Shown: piece by piece, positions 58,271-59,151 of the stretch
Position numbering within the stretch: position 1 is the first letter of the stretch
How the letters are laid out: each line of letters opens with the position of its first letter
IMG/VR virus record: IMGVR_UViG_3300035501_000704
Coordinates: 64,001 to 123,151 of that record
Strand: one strand, 5' to 3'
DNA: 59,151 bases
Source of the DNA: a virus
Taxonomy: Duplodnaviria; Heunggongvirae; Uroviricota; Caudoviricetes
Made by a program: the position numbers and the translations under genes
Notes under the pieces: model-generated
The model's input: the letters and a program-made list of their open reading frames with translations, nothing else
Database searches by the model: none
What the model was told of the DNA's origin: nothing

Positions 58271-58765
58271 TTAAAGTTCAAGAATTATATGCTTTACAGC
58301 CAATTTCCTCTCAACTTCCTCATAACTATCACCAAATCTCAAATACAACCGTCCTTCATCTGGATATTTGTCATAATCATCAATATTTTCCCATGCAATG
58401 CTTACAATACCATCCATAGCATCTTGCATTGAAAAACATCCTGAATCTTGAATTAAGTCAAAAAGCAATCTTGTCTTAACTCTAACTACTTTTTGAATGT
58501 AATTAGGGAAAGGCTCTAATCCATTGCTAATTCCAGCAGGTTTATATTCAAAACCATCCCCAAAGAACGTATCAATATCTATTGTAAAAATAAATTCATA
58601 AACATTATATCCACCAGTTTCTCTTCCTACGTATCTAACAAAACCTAATGCTAAATCTTCATCTTTGAAGTCATTTTCTTCATCAAATTCGCCACTATTA
58701 GTTCCTGTATTATCAAAACTCAATGAATCATCATAATTATCAATCAATGTATATTGTTCATCCAT
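58271..58765 (-). CDS. Hypothetical acidic protein (164 aa)
   Basis: Clean coupled ORF; no motif recognised. Confidence 0.7.
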   Translation of the reverse strand: MDEQYTLIDNYDDSLSFDNTGTNSGEFDEENDFKDEDLALGFVRYVGRETGGYNVYEFIFTIDIDTFFGDGFEYKPAGISNGLEPFPNYIQKVVRVKTRLLFDLIQDSGCFSMQDAMDGIVSIAWENIDDYDKYPDEGRLYLRFGDSYEEVERKLAVKHIILEL

Positions 58766-58767
58766 AA

Positions 58768-59151
58768 TTACTTCTCACTTTCTTTTTTAATTATAGCATC
58801 AGATATTGTCTTCTTCTTCAATACGGTCTCCCACATATGCTCATATTGAGTATCCTTGAATATCTGATAATAAATATGACAATCTCTCTTTTGTGTTATT
58901 CTAAAGATTCTATCTTCCATCTGTTGATTATCTGCATAAACATAAGACATATTATTAAAAACCATATATCTTGCGTTTACGAGGTTTATTCCTACTCCAG
59001 CAGCCATTATATTACCTATGAATACTTTAATGTTACTATCGTTATAAAAAGAGGCAATAGCCGCATCCTTTTGCTTGGAATTCATCTTACCATTATAGAT
59101 AACACAAGAATCTCCGTAATATTCTTTCAAAGTATATAATTCCTCATCATA
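58768..59151 (-). CDS. SNF2/SF2 helicase, C-terminal part (5' end outside the window)
   Basis: IYNGKMNSKQKDAAIASF, VFIGNIMAAGVGINL, QMEDRIFRITQ (helicase motifs V/VI). The frame is open to 59151, so the track's TTG start is an artefact. Confidence 0.88.
   Translation of the reverse strand, partial: YDEELYTLKEYYGDSCVIYNGKMNSKQKDAAIASFYNDSNIKVFIGNIMAAGVGINLVNARYMVFNNMSYVYADNQQMEDRIFRITQKRDCHIYYQIFKDTQYEHMWETVLKKKTISDAIIKKESEK

Noticed and set aside
3157-58900. Many short (60-121 aa) ORFs in the track, mostly plus strand, nested in long genes
   Set aside because: They shadow well-supported minus-strand genes, have H/L/I/Y-biased antisense composition and lack promoter motifs. Only 44087..44284 lies in a gap with its own signals.
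1-59151. Lak-style TAG-to-Gln recoding
   Set aside because: Genes up to 2128 aa are intact under the standard code, and intergenic gaps are explained without read-through.
1-59151. tRNA, rRNA, integrase, transposase, DGR or invertase elements
   Set aside because: No cloverleaf-like or rRNA-like sequence in the short intergenic gaps, and no recombinase or reverse-transcriptase motifs in any ORF. tRNAscan was not run.

Overview
A 59 kb AT-rich, densely coding segment of a large (jumbo-type) contractile-tailed phage. Standard genetic code; all credible genes but one are on the minus strand. It carries a T4-like morphogenesis set (neck proteins, sheath, tube, tail chaperone pair, tape measure, OmpA-domain and LysM baseplate proteins, a 2128-aa hub with lytic transglycosylase and CHAP-like domains, gp25- and gp6-like wedge proteins, several large structural genes). 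A replication block is interleaved (SSB, RecA/UvsX, 5'-3' exonuclease, intein-containing DnaB helicase, NrdD/NrdG). Six Bacteroidota-type promoters (TTG-20 nt-TAnnTTTG) and the anaerobic RNR point to an anaerobic Bacteroidota host. Best leads: (1) a second promoter-like motif, TATTTATA (reverse complement of the T4 late promoter), 22-26 nt before many starts; (2) a shared N-terminal basic + (I/L/M)xE motif on genes behind that motif, including an ArdC-like zinc-peptidase, suggesting capsid-packaged, protease-matured ejected proteins; (3) a class 3 (Ala1, WCT) intein with a decayed endonuclease in the DnaB P-loop; (4) a candidate -2 frameshift in the tail chaperone; (5) a lone plus-strand, moron-like membrane gene beside the tape measure; (6) three terminators sharing a UGUGAA loop; (7) several low-complexity or prion-like proteins. 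All assignments come from reading motifs by eye; no database search was run.
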